A stretch of DNA of 32,000 bases from Candidatus Hadarchaeales archaeon (lineage in GTDB: Archaea; Hadarchaeota; Hadarchaeia; Hadarchaeales; Hadarchaeaceae), in NCBI GenBank assembly GCA_038823825.1, contig JAWBCC010000001.1, positions 360,001-392,000 of the forward strand, in the 5' to 3' direction. Made by a program: the position numbers and the translations under genes. Below the pieces are notes generated by a model that was given only the letters and a program-made list of their open reading frames with translations, was not told the DNA's origin and did not search any database. This document shows, one piece after another, positions 17,238 to 24,973 of the stretch. How positions within the stretch are numbered: the stretch's first letter is position 1; the number at the start of each line of letters is the position of its first letter.

Positions 17238-18638
17238 ATGCTCAAGCCATTTGAGAAAGCCGCAAGAATTGTGAATGAGAATAGACATAAGGAAATTCTA
17301 GTTATTTCTCACTCCGATGCCGACGGTGTTTGTGCAGCAGCAATAATATCAAAGTGTCTTGAGCGTGAGGAAATTGAGTATTCTGTGAAGTTTGTCGAAA
17401 CACCCCACAAGGAATCTTTCAAAGACATGCCGTCAGCAGATCTAACAATTTTGGCAGACGTTGGTAGTTCTCTTTTAGATCATCTTTGTGAAAGATTTTC
17501 GAACAGCAAATTGATTATCCTAGATCACCATGAAATAGATCAAGACATACATCAGGAGAATCTTGTGCACTTAAATGCTCATCTTCTAGGCATGGATGGG
17601 GGAATCGAAATAAGCGGAGCGGGAATGGCGTACCTTTTTGCTCTCGCCCTCTACGAGAAAAACGTCGATCTTTCTCATTTGGCGATCATTGGTGCACTGG
17701 GTGATGCTCAAGATCTATGGGGAGAGCTTAAGGGTTATAACAGAAGAATAGCTGAAATCGCAGTAAAACTCGGACTTCTACGAAGGGACATAGATTTACT
17801 TCTTTATGGCAGACATTCAAGACCAATCTACAAGGCATTGGCAAATTTTACCGATCCGTTCATTCCGGGCGTGAGTAATTCCCCTTCTGGTTGTCTCCAA
17901 TTGCTTAAAGAACTTGGAATAGAAATCAAGAACGTCACAAAATTTAGACGACCTGTCGATCTTACTGAAGAGGAAAAGAGCCGTCTTGCTTCAGAAATCA
18001 TCGTACGAGCGAGTCTAAGTGCTCCTCCAGAGTTGTCTCCATATGTTCCGAGGTTAGTACTCGGAGAAGTTTTTTCGCTTCCGCAAGAGAGCGAGGAAAG
18101 TGGTCTGAAGGATGTTGACGAGTTTGCTACCTCTTTAAACGCGGTCGCTAAGCAAAATCAACCAATTTTGGGTTTAGAGGTTGCCAAAGGAGACAGAGGA
18201 GGATATTATGCGCAAATGCAAAAGTTATTGAACAGATATAGAAGAAAAATTGCTGAGAGCCTAGGCTATCTAGAAGGAACAGAATTTTACAGTGGCCCAT
18301 TGGGATATTTGCAGTTCTTTGATGCGACGGAATACGCGAGCGAGAATTTAGTTGGAACGATTGTTGGGATGTGCTTGTCTTCTGGTTTCGTCGATCCGTA
18401 CAGACCGGTCCTTGGAATGGTCAGAAAAAACGGATTTGCAAAAATTTCGACAAGATGCTCCAAATTATTGGCTCTTAAAAACATTAACTTGGCTAAGGCA
18501 ATTCGGGAAACCTGTAGAGAAATTGGAGGTGAAGGAGGAGGTCATGCAACAGCCGGCGGAGCCCTGATCGAGGAAGATAAGATCAACAAATTTATAGAAG
18601 TTTTTGAAAGAAATCTCCTTATGCAGCACCAGACTTAG
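17238..18638 (+). CDS. DHH-family phosphoesterase (archaeal RecJ/GAN-like)
   Basis: ILVISHSDADGVCAAAIISK ... TILADVGSS ... LIILDHHE ... GAGMAYLFALAL ... GALGDAQD, and a GGGHATAGGA-like C-terminal motif (GGEGGGHATAGGALI). Confidence 0.88.
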   Translation: MLKPFEKAARIVNENRHKEILVISHSDADGVCAAAIISKCLEREEIEYSVKFVETPHKESFKDMPSADLTILADVGSSLLDHLCERFSNSKLIILDHHEIDQDIHQENLVHLNAHLLGMDGGIEISGAGMAYLFALALYEKNVDLSHLAIIGALGDAQDLWGELKGYNRRIAEIAVKLGLLRRDIDLLLYGRHSRPIYKALANFTDPFIPGVSNSPSGCLQLLKELGIEIKNVTKFRRPVDLTEEEKSRLASEIIVRASLSAPPELSPYVPRLVLGEVFSLPQESEESGLKDVDEFATSLNAVAKQNQPILGLEVAKGDRGGYYAQMQKLLNRYRRKIAESLGYLEGTEFYSGPLGYLQFFDATEYASENLVGTIVGMCLSSGFVDPYRPVLGMVRKNGFAKISTRCSKLLALKNINLAKAIRETCREIGGEGGGHATAGGALIEEDKINKFIEVFERNLLMQHQT

Positions 18639-20364
18639 CTTTTCTCTCTTCCTGTCTTCTGTAGAGTTCTGCAATTTCGTTTATCGTGGCTGCTTCTTCG
18701 GGACGTTTGTCCTCTCTTATTCTGATAAATCGTGGGAACCTTAAACCAAATCCACTTGTATGTTTCTCTTCCGGACTGGCTTGGATTTCCTCGTATGCGA
18801 CTTCGAAGACTATTTTCGGTTCTACGTGGGCGTCGACGTCGATTTCGATATCCACAGAGGGATCAGGTTTTTGCAAAATGAGTGGTTGAAACAATTCCGT
18901 CAAATCTTTTAGATCCTCATCTGTGAAACCCGAACCACATTTTGTCACGGTCTTGAATTTACCAGATGCCGGATCTCGGGCCGCCAAAATGTAGCTACCA
19001 AAGACTCCTGCTCTTTTGCCCTTCCCATACAGAACACCAACAACAACCAAATCCAGCGTTTCTAAAACAGGTTTTATTTTTAACCAAAGGAATTCTCTTC
19101 TCCCAGCCCTGTAGGGAGAGTTCAATTCCTTCGCGAGTAGGCCTTCATGACCGATTTTTATCGCGTAGTCCGAGAATTCTCTGATCTCCTCTTCTCTCGA
19201 AAGAACTTTTTGTTCGACGATGAAGACTTTTTCGTTTTCCTCGATTATTTTTTCGAGTATCTTTCTTCTTTCAACATACGGTCGTTCTAACATGGCTCTG
19301 TCATCGACTAACAGGACATCGAAAAGGTGAAGCTCCACTGGTATTTGCTTCGCCGTTTTCTCGATTCCATATTTTCTCCTTCTCTTCAAAACTTCTTGAA
19401 ATGGCATGGGTTTTTTTGTTTCTGGATCAATTGCTACGAGCTCTCCGTCGACTATCGCTTTCTCCGCTTTTATCGCTCTGCGGAGAGGATATATCATGTC
19501 TGGAAACATGCTTGTATAGTCTTCCATTCTTCTTGTGAAGAGAATTACTTTCTCTCCATCTTTATGTGCTTGGATTCTTATACCGTCGAGTTTAATCTCA
19601 AAAGCCGCTTTACCGTTCATTCTCTGAAGGACTTCCGCTATACTTTCCGCTCGTTGGGCAAGCATTGGACTAACTGGACGCCCGACTACCACCGAAAGAC
19701 CCCTAACTCCTTCTATACCTTTCTCGGCGGCGGTTTTTGCAACCAGCGCATAATCTGATGTAAGCATGTATGCCTTCTCTACATCTTCAGGGGGTATGTT
19801 GAAAGCATCCGCTATTGCATCGCGCAATCTACCCTCTGCCACACCAATTCTGAGGTCGCCCAAAACCGTCCTAACAATGAATTTTGCTTCAATTGGTTGA
19901 GCACTTGTTAGAAGGGAGGCTACTCGCTCAATTTTTCTATCAATAGAGCTCTCTCCGGTAATCTCCGGCAATCTTTTTATCGTCTCAAAGACGTCAGAGA
20001 CTGTTAGTGGTTTTTGGAATAGCGAAACTTGTTTCTTTTTCTTTATCAGCTCTTGTGCAACTTCGCCCAAGTCCCCCATTTTTTTAAGAAGATGTTCGAC
20101 CTGTGAGGTTGGATAACCAGACGCGAGCGAGATCGCTTTTTTAAGCTGTTGTATTCCAACGCCCGTTTCTTTAGAGACATATGTCGGCCAAGCCCTTCCA
20201 AGGAGAAGAAGCACTACTTTTTCGATGTATTCAGGAGGAGTGTTCTGCAGTAAAGACACGATTATCTCATTTTTTTCGAGATAAGATGAAGTTTTTTCTA
20301 ATTTTTCGAAGGTTTCAGCTAAGGTAAGGTATTTCATTATCTCATTCAGCGGTTTGTTTTTCAA
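18619..20364 (-). CDS. lig: ATP-dependent DNA ligase (copy 2)
   Basis: 581 aa. FEIKLDGIRIQAHK, KAIVDGELVAID, EGLLAKELNSPY, WLKIKPVLETLDLVVVG, FGLRFPRFIRIREDKRPEEA. Internal Met options for the start exist. Confidence 0.95.
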   Translation of the reverse strand: MKNKPLNEIMKYLTLAETFEKLEKTSSYLEKNEIIVSLLQNTPPEYIEKVVLLLLGRAWPTYVSKETGVGIQQLKKAISLASGYPTSQVEHLLKKMGDLGEVAQELIKKKKQVSLFQKPLTVSDVFETIKRLPEITGESSIDRKIERVASLLTSAQPIEAKFIVRTVLGDLRIGVAEGRLRDAIADAFNIPPEDVEKAYMLTSDYALVAKTAAEKGIEGVRGLSVVVGRPVSPMLAQRAESIAEVLQRMNGKAAFEIKLDGIRIQAHKDGEKVILFTRRMEDYTSMFPDMIYPLRRAIKAEKAIVDGELVAIDPETKKPMPFQEVLKRRRKYGIEKTAKQIPVELHLFDVLLVDDRAMLERPYVERRKILEKIIEENEKVFIVEQKVLSREEEIREFSDYAIKIGHEGLLAKELNSPYRAGRREFLWLKIKPVLETLDLVVVGVLYGKGKRAGVFGSYILAARDPASGKFKTVTKCGSGFTDEDLKDLTELFQPLILQKPDPSVDIEIDVDAHVEPKIVFEVAYEEIQASPEEKHTSGFGLRFPRFIRIREDKRPEEAATINEIAELYRRQEERKAKSGAA

Positions 20365-20390
20365 TCCTAAAATTGTTTCCGTTTTCTTTA

Positions 20391-21212
20391 TTATTGACTA
20401 TCCATCACGTGTCCTGATGGTTGAATGGTTAGAACTATTTTCCCATTTTGAAATACCCTCACATGTCCATCTTCTTGTGAAACTACCACACCAATCGATT
20501 TTGTCGCACGTGTCATCGCAGCTACTGCGTAGTGTCTGCTTCCCAATCCGCGGACATCGACTTTCCTATTGGCGTCCAGATGTCTGCAACATGCTCGTAT
20601 TATACCGTTTGAGTCTACTACAAATGCTCCATCATGCGTCGCTGCTATTTTTGCTATAATCGGATAGTTATCTTTCTTTTTAATGTCGCGGGCCTGATGG
20701 GGTAGTGGATCTGACTCGAGTTGATGAGATAAGCGCATAACAGTTTTCCAATCCCCAATGATAAATGCTGCTCCCACCCTCATGTTGTTATAGGAGGTAT
20801 TAGCGATGTAAAGCGCAAGTTTTATGGCATGTATAACTGTTTCGTCGAAAGAGAATATTTTTTCCACGTCGTCCACGATTTTTAAGTGAATTGCGTGTGA
20901 ACCATCGAGATATACAACCTTTTCACCTTTTGACAGGACCCCCTGCCTTACGCAAACAGCGAGTGCGAACTCCGCTTCCTTTTCCGTATTTTCAGATTTC
21001 AGGGGAACGTGAACTACAGGATAGCTCGTAGAAAAAGACTTTTCATCAGAAGATCCGGTGCAGATAATGATTTTTTTGGAAAAAATTGAAAGCTCCTTGA
21101 GAATTTCTTGAGTGGGAATGTTGACGTTGTCGACACGAACCACTACCGCATCTGCTTCAATTAGTGTGGCAAGAGAAACGGCCGCCTTGGCCAGAGCCTG
21201 GGGAGCTTCCAT
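20391..21212 (-). CDS. dacZ: Diadenylate cyclase, DacZ-like (DisA_N domain)
   Basis: THDGAFVVDSNGIIRACCRHLD...VRGLGSRHYAVAAMTRATKSIGVVVSQEDGHVRVFQNGKIV matches the DGA...RH-type DAC active-site layout with an archaeal N-terminal domain. Confidence 0.85.
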   Translation of the reverse strand: MEAPQALAKAAVSLATLIEADAVVVRVDNVNIPTQEILKELSIFSKKIIICTGSSDEKSFSTSYPVVHVPLKSENTEKEAEFALAVCVRQGVLSKGEKVVYLDGSHAIHLKIVDDVEKIFSFDETVIHAIKLALYIANTSYNNMRVGAAFIIGDWKTVMRLSHQLESDPLPHQARDIKKKDNYPIIAKIAATHDGAFVVDSNGIIRACCRHLDANRKVDVRGLGSRHYAVAAMTRATKSIGVVVSQEDGHVRVFQNGKIVLTIQPSGHVMDSQ

Positions 21213-21304
21213 TCTAATCTAACCTCCTCTCCCCATCGCCTCTGGCCTAGCCAATTACCTTTCTACAGTTAGGGGTTATATCCTTTTCGATTGAAGAAAG
21301 TTTT

Positions 21305-22078
21305 GTGATATCTAAACTCGGAAGAGTCTCCGTGCTCAAAAGCGAATGCAAAAATGTGCTGATCGCTGGTGATATTCACGGAGATTTTAATGCATTCAAG
21401 AGAGCCTTGGAAATTTTTGAAGAAACTCCGGATAGCATACTGATTTTCTTAGGTGACTATGCGGATCGAGGAGACATGGGGTTGGAAGTAATAGAAACTC
21501 TGACCGAGATGATCGGCCCCAGAGTTGTGGCACTTAAAGGAAATCACGAAGATTACGTGAATGGTTCACCAACTTTTCATCCTTGGGATTTTGGATGGGA
21601 AGTTAAAATGAAGAGAAAAGTCAAATGGGAGGATTTTTTTCCAATTTTCGAGAAAAATTTTTTGAACAAACTTTCAATCGCCTTTGTAATTCCTGGTCTT
21701 GCACTTTGTGTGCATGGTGGAATTTGTGGAAGAATCAAAAGTCTCAATGATTTGAAAGCTCCAAACAGAAAAATAGAAGAATGCATACTTTGGAGCGACC
21801 CAACGGATCTCCCTGGTGAATTTCCCAATCCGCGAGGAGCCGGTATACTCTTTGGCCCAGACATCACAGATTGCGTTCTCAAATCACTTGATGTGAAGTT
21901 CCTTGTTCGCAGTCATGAACCAATGAAAGCTTCTGAAGGTCCTTTTTTAGAGCAAGGAGGACGAGTAATAACTCTAAGCACAACTAGTGTCTATGGTGGA
22001 AAACCCTTTTTGCTCCGAATAAATCCATACGAGAAATTCGATTTAACAAAAATCAATGAAAAAATCATCTTTCTTTGA
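21305..22078 (+). CDS. PPP-family Ser/Thr protein phosphatase
   Basis: GDIHGDFNAF ... GDYADRGDMGLEV ... LKGNHEDY ... CVHGGI ... LVRSHEP motifs. GTG start. Confidence 0.9.
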   Translation: MISKLGRVSVLKSECKNVLIAGDIHGDFNAFKRALEIFEETPDSILIFLGDYADRGDMGLEVIETLTEMIGPRVVALKGNHEDYVNGSPTFHPWDFGWEVKMKRKVKWEDFFPIFEKNFLNKLSIAFVIPGLALCVHGGICGRIKSLNDLKAPNRKIEECILWSDPTDLPGEFPNPRGAGILFGPDITDCVLKSLDVKFLVRSHEPMKASEGPFLEQGGRVITLSTTSVYGGKPFLLRINPYEKFDLTKINEKIIFL

Positions 22079-22628
22079 GGAAATATTCTTCCAGCCAGCT
22101 TATCTTTCCAGGTCGGAGATCTTTTTTTCCCTTCAATGCCATCAAGAAATCGCTGACGCTTTTTTTCAAGGATTTTCTCGTTGTATCTATTTCATAAACC
22201 TTGTCTTCTCCATGAATGTTCACTGCCTCCCAAAGAATAATGTCCAAGGCTTCGGACTCTAAGTTATCTTCAAGCTTTTTTCCCTTAAATCCACGTTTTC
22301 TAAGACGCTTCTCCAGAACGCGCGGATGGGTACGCAAAACTATGACATGCGTTATAAGCGTGGAAGGGAGAAAATGTGAAAGAAGTCCATCTACTACGAG
22401 ATTTCTTCTGGTTTTTCTTACAAATTTTCTGAATTCCGACTTCATCTTTCGCAAATTCACAACCTTGGTTCCCTCAGCATCCAATTCGTAGATACCGAGT
22501 GAAGTTACAAATCGATTAAGGTCCAGCAGGTGTGCACCTAAACGTTTTGCAAGTTCTCTGCTAAACGTAGTTTTACCCGTTCCGGGCGTGCCTGTGACAG
22601 AGATTATCATACGTTTCAAAATGCTCAC
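22065..22628 (-). CDS. AK6/Fap7-like adenylate kinase family NTPase
   Basis: MIISVTGTPGTGKTTFSRELAKRL ... VVDGLLSHFLP ... VIVLRTHPRVLEKRLRKRGF ... KLEDNLESEALDIIL. An alternative start is Met at about 22610. Confidence 0.88.
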   Translation of the reverse strand: MSILKRMIISVTGTPGTGKTTFSRELAKRLGAHLLDLNRFVTSLGIYELDAEGTKVVNLRKMKSEFRKFVRKTRRNLVVDGLLSHFLPSTLITHVIVLRTHPRVLEKRLRKRGFKGKKLEDNLESEALDIILWEAVNIHGEDKVYEIDTTRKSLKKSVSDFLMALKGKKDLRPGKISWLEEYFLKER

Positions 22629-22636
22629 CGAAACTT

Positions 22637-23638
22637 TTATCTCAGGTCTATTACATCAAAGATTTCCGGACCAACCGAAATCAATGTGACAGGGGTTTCC
22701 GTCACTTCCTCCACTCTTCTAATGAATTCTTTCGCTTCTCTTGGTAAATCTTCCCATTTCTTTGCCCCCTTGGCAGATGGGAAGAGTCTGTCAATACAAG
22801 TAATCGCGATTTGTGTTGCGCCGTTTATCATGACGGCTCTCCTCGCCAACTCGAAGTCAAAAAGACCGATCCTTCTACGTCTGCCGGTTACTGTTCCAAA
22901 CTCGACTATACCCATTTTCTCGGCTTCTTCCTGTGGAATTTCAGTCGGAAATGGTCCCTCTCCAACTCTGCTTGTGTAAGCTTTGAATATGACTATAACA
23001 TCATCGACGCGAGTTGGGCCTAAACCAACATCTGCCGCAAAGGTACTCGCCGTAGTGTCTTTGCTTGTGACATAGGGATATGTGCCATGAACCAAGGAAA
23101 GACCAAAACCCTGTGAACCTTCAACTATCACAAACTTTCCTTTCTTTATTGCTTCGTTAACTTCTAATGGTACGTCACAAAGGAAAGGAGATAATTCTGG
23201 GATTTCACGAGCGAGTTTAGCCGTCCGGTTAACTCTAGCAACATTTGCGGGTCCGCAGCCAGTCCCGGTGGTTCCGATTTTACCTTTTAAATGTGCAGAA
23301 GTTTTGTCTTCTTCTATATGCTTGGGTTCTATTATAGCACAGTTGTTGTCTACTCCTATCCTGTCTTTGACCTTAGTTTCTTCGACCTCTTGCAAAAAGA
23401 TTTGTGGATTAACCAAGACTCCAGGACCGATCAAAAGACGGGCACCTTCATAGACAAAACCGCAGGGGACTTGGCGTAGCCCATATTTTTTTCCGCCATA
23501 CAACACAGAGTGTCCGGCATTTGGACCGACACCAGCCCGAACAACGATGTCGGGTTTATCTCGAAGAGCGAGGTATGCCACCATTTTGCCCTTGCCTTCA
23601 TCACCCCACTGTCCTCCTACCACAATCGTGGATGGCAG
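22637..23638 (-). CDS. purA: Adenylosuccinate synthetase; probable non-ATG (CTG) start
   Basis: (L)[23 protein letters not shown] ... [10 protein letters not shown] ... [28 protein letters not shown]. Shine-Dalgarno-like GAGGGG lies 6 nt before CTG 23638-23636. The track ORF uses GTG 23623. Confidence 0.88.
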   Translation of the reverse strand: MPSTIVVGGQWGDEGKGKMVAYLALRDKPDIVVRAGVGPNAGHSVLYGGKKYGLRQVPCGFVYEGARLLIGPGVLVNPQIFLQEVEETKVKDRIGVDNNCAIIEPKHIEEDKTSAHLKGKIGTTGTGCGPANVARVNRTAKLAREIPELSPFLCDVPLEVNEAIKKGKFVIVEGSQGFGLSLVHGTYPYVTSKDTTASTFAADVGLGPTRVDDVIVIFKAYTSRVGEGPFPTEIPQEEAEKMGIVEFGTVTGRRRRIGLFDFELARRAVMINGATQIAITCIDRLFPSAKGAKKWEDLPREAKEFIRRVEEVTETPVTLISVGPEIFDVIDLR

Positions 23639-23737
23639 ATGTATCCCCTCATTTTATTTCATTTAGCTCTTAAAAACAGTCTGCAGATTAAGAATTCGTA
23701 AAATGTTTAAATTGTGGTACAGAAATGTTTGGGGAGA

Positions 23738-24229
23738 ATGAGAGCCGAGGTTTTACTCGGGATTGGTCTTCGACTTCTCTCAATATTTCTTATCTTAGGG
23801 CCGATTCTAATTGCGTTTTCTGCGAGCAACTGGGATCTCAAGAAAACTTTGATCCAAGAAGATGAAATTAAAGAAATTGAGGAAAAGTTTTCTGGTCTAA
23901 ATTTCGAAAATCTAGAATTAAGCGTCGATGAGGGCGCTATTGAATATAACGAAGCCACAAAGTTCGCAAGAATACCTGTCATGATATATTCCAGAATGAA
24001 GTTCTCTTTCGATATTCTAGAACTTGAAGTTTCTGTGAATTACGATGGTCATTCAACCTCGCTCAGCATGCAGGAGAACAGAGTCAAGATCACTCCATAT
24101 GAAAATACAAGATTTCACCTAGTCGGTGTCGTGGCGGAGGATCCAAGAGGAAAAAGCGTTGAGACCGAATTAAAACTTGCAGTTGTTGAAAAACTTGGCG
24201 TAACACTTGAAATAAAACCGAGGAAGTGA
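23738..24229 (+). CDS. Membrane-anchored protein of unknown function
   Basis: MRAEVLLGIGLRLLSIFLILGPILIAFSASNWDL... single N-terminal TM then a beta-rich extracytoplasmic domain. GGAG before the ATG. Confidence 0.7.
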   Translation: MRAEVLLGIGLRLLSIFLILGPILIAFSASNWDLKKTLIQEDEIKEIEEKFSGLNFENLELSVDEGAIEYNEATKFARIPVMIYSRMKFSFDILELEVSVNYDGHSTSLSMQENRVKITPYENTRFHLVGVVAEDPRGKSVETELKLAVVEKLGVTLEIKPRK

Positions 24230-24233
24230 AACC

Positions 24234-24866
24234 ATGAAGAGGAAAAACGCGATTAACTGGTTTGGTGTTGTCTTTGGGGTTCTTATGATCGTGCTGCCAT
24301 TTGCGGGCAGCTGGTGGATGCTGAAGGTAGGTGACAATGCCGCCTCGGTAGCCATTTCTCCCTTCAACTTTGATGTGAAAGTTGTTGGAGTTTCAGTACG
24401 TTCTGTGCTCGTTGATTATATTTTGCTATTTTCAAAAATAACCTTCATGATCGCTGGCGTGTTTTCGATTTTGGCTTCTCTTTTCGCTGACCGTTGGTGG
24501 TCCGCCAAACTGCTAAGGTTTGGAGTAATGAAACCATTCTGGGGTATACTAACTCTAATCATCATACTGATCGTTGGGACCATCTTTGCTAACGCGGTGC
24601 TTCCAAAGATAGTTTCCGGCATGATTCGAGAGGGTACTGAAGGAGGTTTACAGATCAAAATAAATGTGCCATTTCTCTCAGGAAGTTCCAAGTCTGCAAT
24701 CGTAACAGGAGATGCTACTGTTAGCACAGAGATAAGGACCGGATTCCAGATGGCGTTTCTATTGGCGGTTATTACTGCTGGTGTCGGTATAGCTTCTAGA
24801 ATTTACCATCGAAGATTCTTGGAGAAGGAGGAGATTAAAAAGGAAAAGGTCGAAAAGAAAAAATAA
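24234..24866 (+). CDS. Multi-pass membrane protein of unknown function
   Basis: 210 aa with about four hydrophobic segments and a Lys/Glu-rich cytoplasmic tail. Starts 4 nt after the preceding gene. Confidence 0.7.
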   Translation: MKRKNAINWFGVVFGVLMIVLPFAGSWWMLKVGDNAASVAISPFNFDVKVVGVSVRSVLVDYILLFSKITFMIAGVFSILASLFADRWWSAKLLRFGVMKPFWGILTLIIILIVGTIFANAVLPKIVSGMIREGTEGGLQIKINVPFLSGSSKSAIVTGDATVSTEIRTGFQMAFLLAVITAGVGIASRIYHRRFLEKEEIKKEKVEKKK

Positions 24867-24973
24867 TTTATAATTTCTTCTGAGGCAGCGAGATCTACTT
24901 AATATTTTCGTAAATCTGCGGAAAATCCCACAGTTTTTGGCTGTTTTTAAGTCCCCATTCCGAGTTTTGCTCG

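Noticed and set aside
19327-19758. 143-aa plus-strand ORF
   Set aside because: Antisense to the catalytic core of DNA ligase 2. No recognisable domain.
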